Assembly: GCF_003918875.1 (NCBI RefSeq)
Contig: NW_025765969.1
Location: 434,001 to 498,000, forward strand
Length of the DNA: 64,000 nucleotides
Direction of reading: 5' to 3'
Source: Haliotis rubra
Taxonomy: Eukaryota
How positions within the stretch are numbered: the first letter of the stretch is position 1; every line of letters starts with the position of its first letter. Position numbers and translations under genes: made by a program. Of the stretch, positions 63,488-64,000 are shown piece by piece. The notes beneath the pieces are model-generated. The model saw only the letters and a list, made by a program, of their open reading frames with translations, had not been told where the DNA came from and ran no database searches.

Positions 63488-64000
63488 TCCAGCTAGGTAG
63501 AGTCATTCTCTCCCAGCCCTATAACTGTACCATTCAACAACGCACCTGCTAAACAGGCCCAAGTTAGTAAAACAAACCTGTCTATTGTAGGTGTGGTGTA
63601 TGTACTGCAGTGTTTGAAATTAAGCAAGGCAGTAGGTCCTTGTAATAATCCCAAGGTTAAAAGCTTTAGAGTGAAGCTTCCCTTCCCTTCGATTCAATAC
63701 ATTCACAGCCCCTCTGGCCCCGAATTTCAAACACTGTACAAGGGGAAGAAAACAATGGTAAAATCTGCTTCACAAGTTCAGTTGTTACCTGGGTAGACGG
63801 CACCAGTTTATTCCGAGGGACAATTTATATCAGACATGTGAATGATAAAACATCACTTCAGTTCGGACACAACCACAAATTTGTGTATCAGGAATCTTAG
63901 CCATGAAGACAACGGGTAACCATGTCTGGCGCTGACCATGTTTTGAGAAAATGGTTACAAAGCAGAGCTTGTCACAATGATACCAAATTTACCTCACTGT

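Noticed and set aside
62547-63552. Repetitive ORFs
   Set aside because: Artefacts of the 74-bp minisatellite; no finger motif found on either strand
56100-64000. Constant upstream exons of the zinc-finger gene
   Set aside because: No convincing acceptor-ORF-donor unit found by eye; the region is mostly repeats, though very short exons could be missed

Overview
AT-rich, repeat-dense animal genomic DNA; the SINE/MITE types suggest a mollusc, possibly a gastropod (inference). The main structure is a minus-strand array, spanning ~48 kb (7670-56033), of 14 isolated coding exons. Each begins at a strong 3' splice acceptor in the same intron phase (phase 1) and runs to its own stop codon. Thirteen encode a variable linker plus a tandem zinc-finger pair, C-x2-C-x12-H-x4-H-x6-C-x-C-x12-H-x3-C, with diversified recognition helices. 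The fourteenth (55687-56033) instead encodes a domain resembling the RAG1 N-terminal / Chapaev / N-RAG-TP transposase zinc-binding domain. The simplest reading is one gene whose shared 5' exons lie beyond position 64000 and which uses mutually exclusive terminal exons to swap DNA-binding domains, as in Drosophila lola, broad, fruitless and mod(mdg4). The shared exons are not in the window, so the gene cannot be named. Several exons have seeded tandem repeats from their own stop-codon region. The intervening DNA holds a decayed CR1/L2-group LINE nested in a TIR element, a Crypton-like tyrosine recombinase remnant, many MITEs, two abundant SINE families sharing a 3' tail, Penelope-like hairpin remnants and minisatellites. 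SINE and repeat boundaries are approximate.
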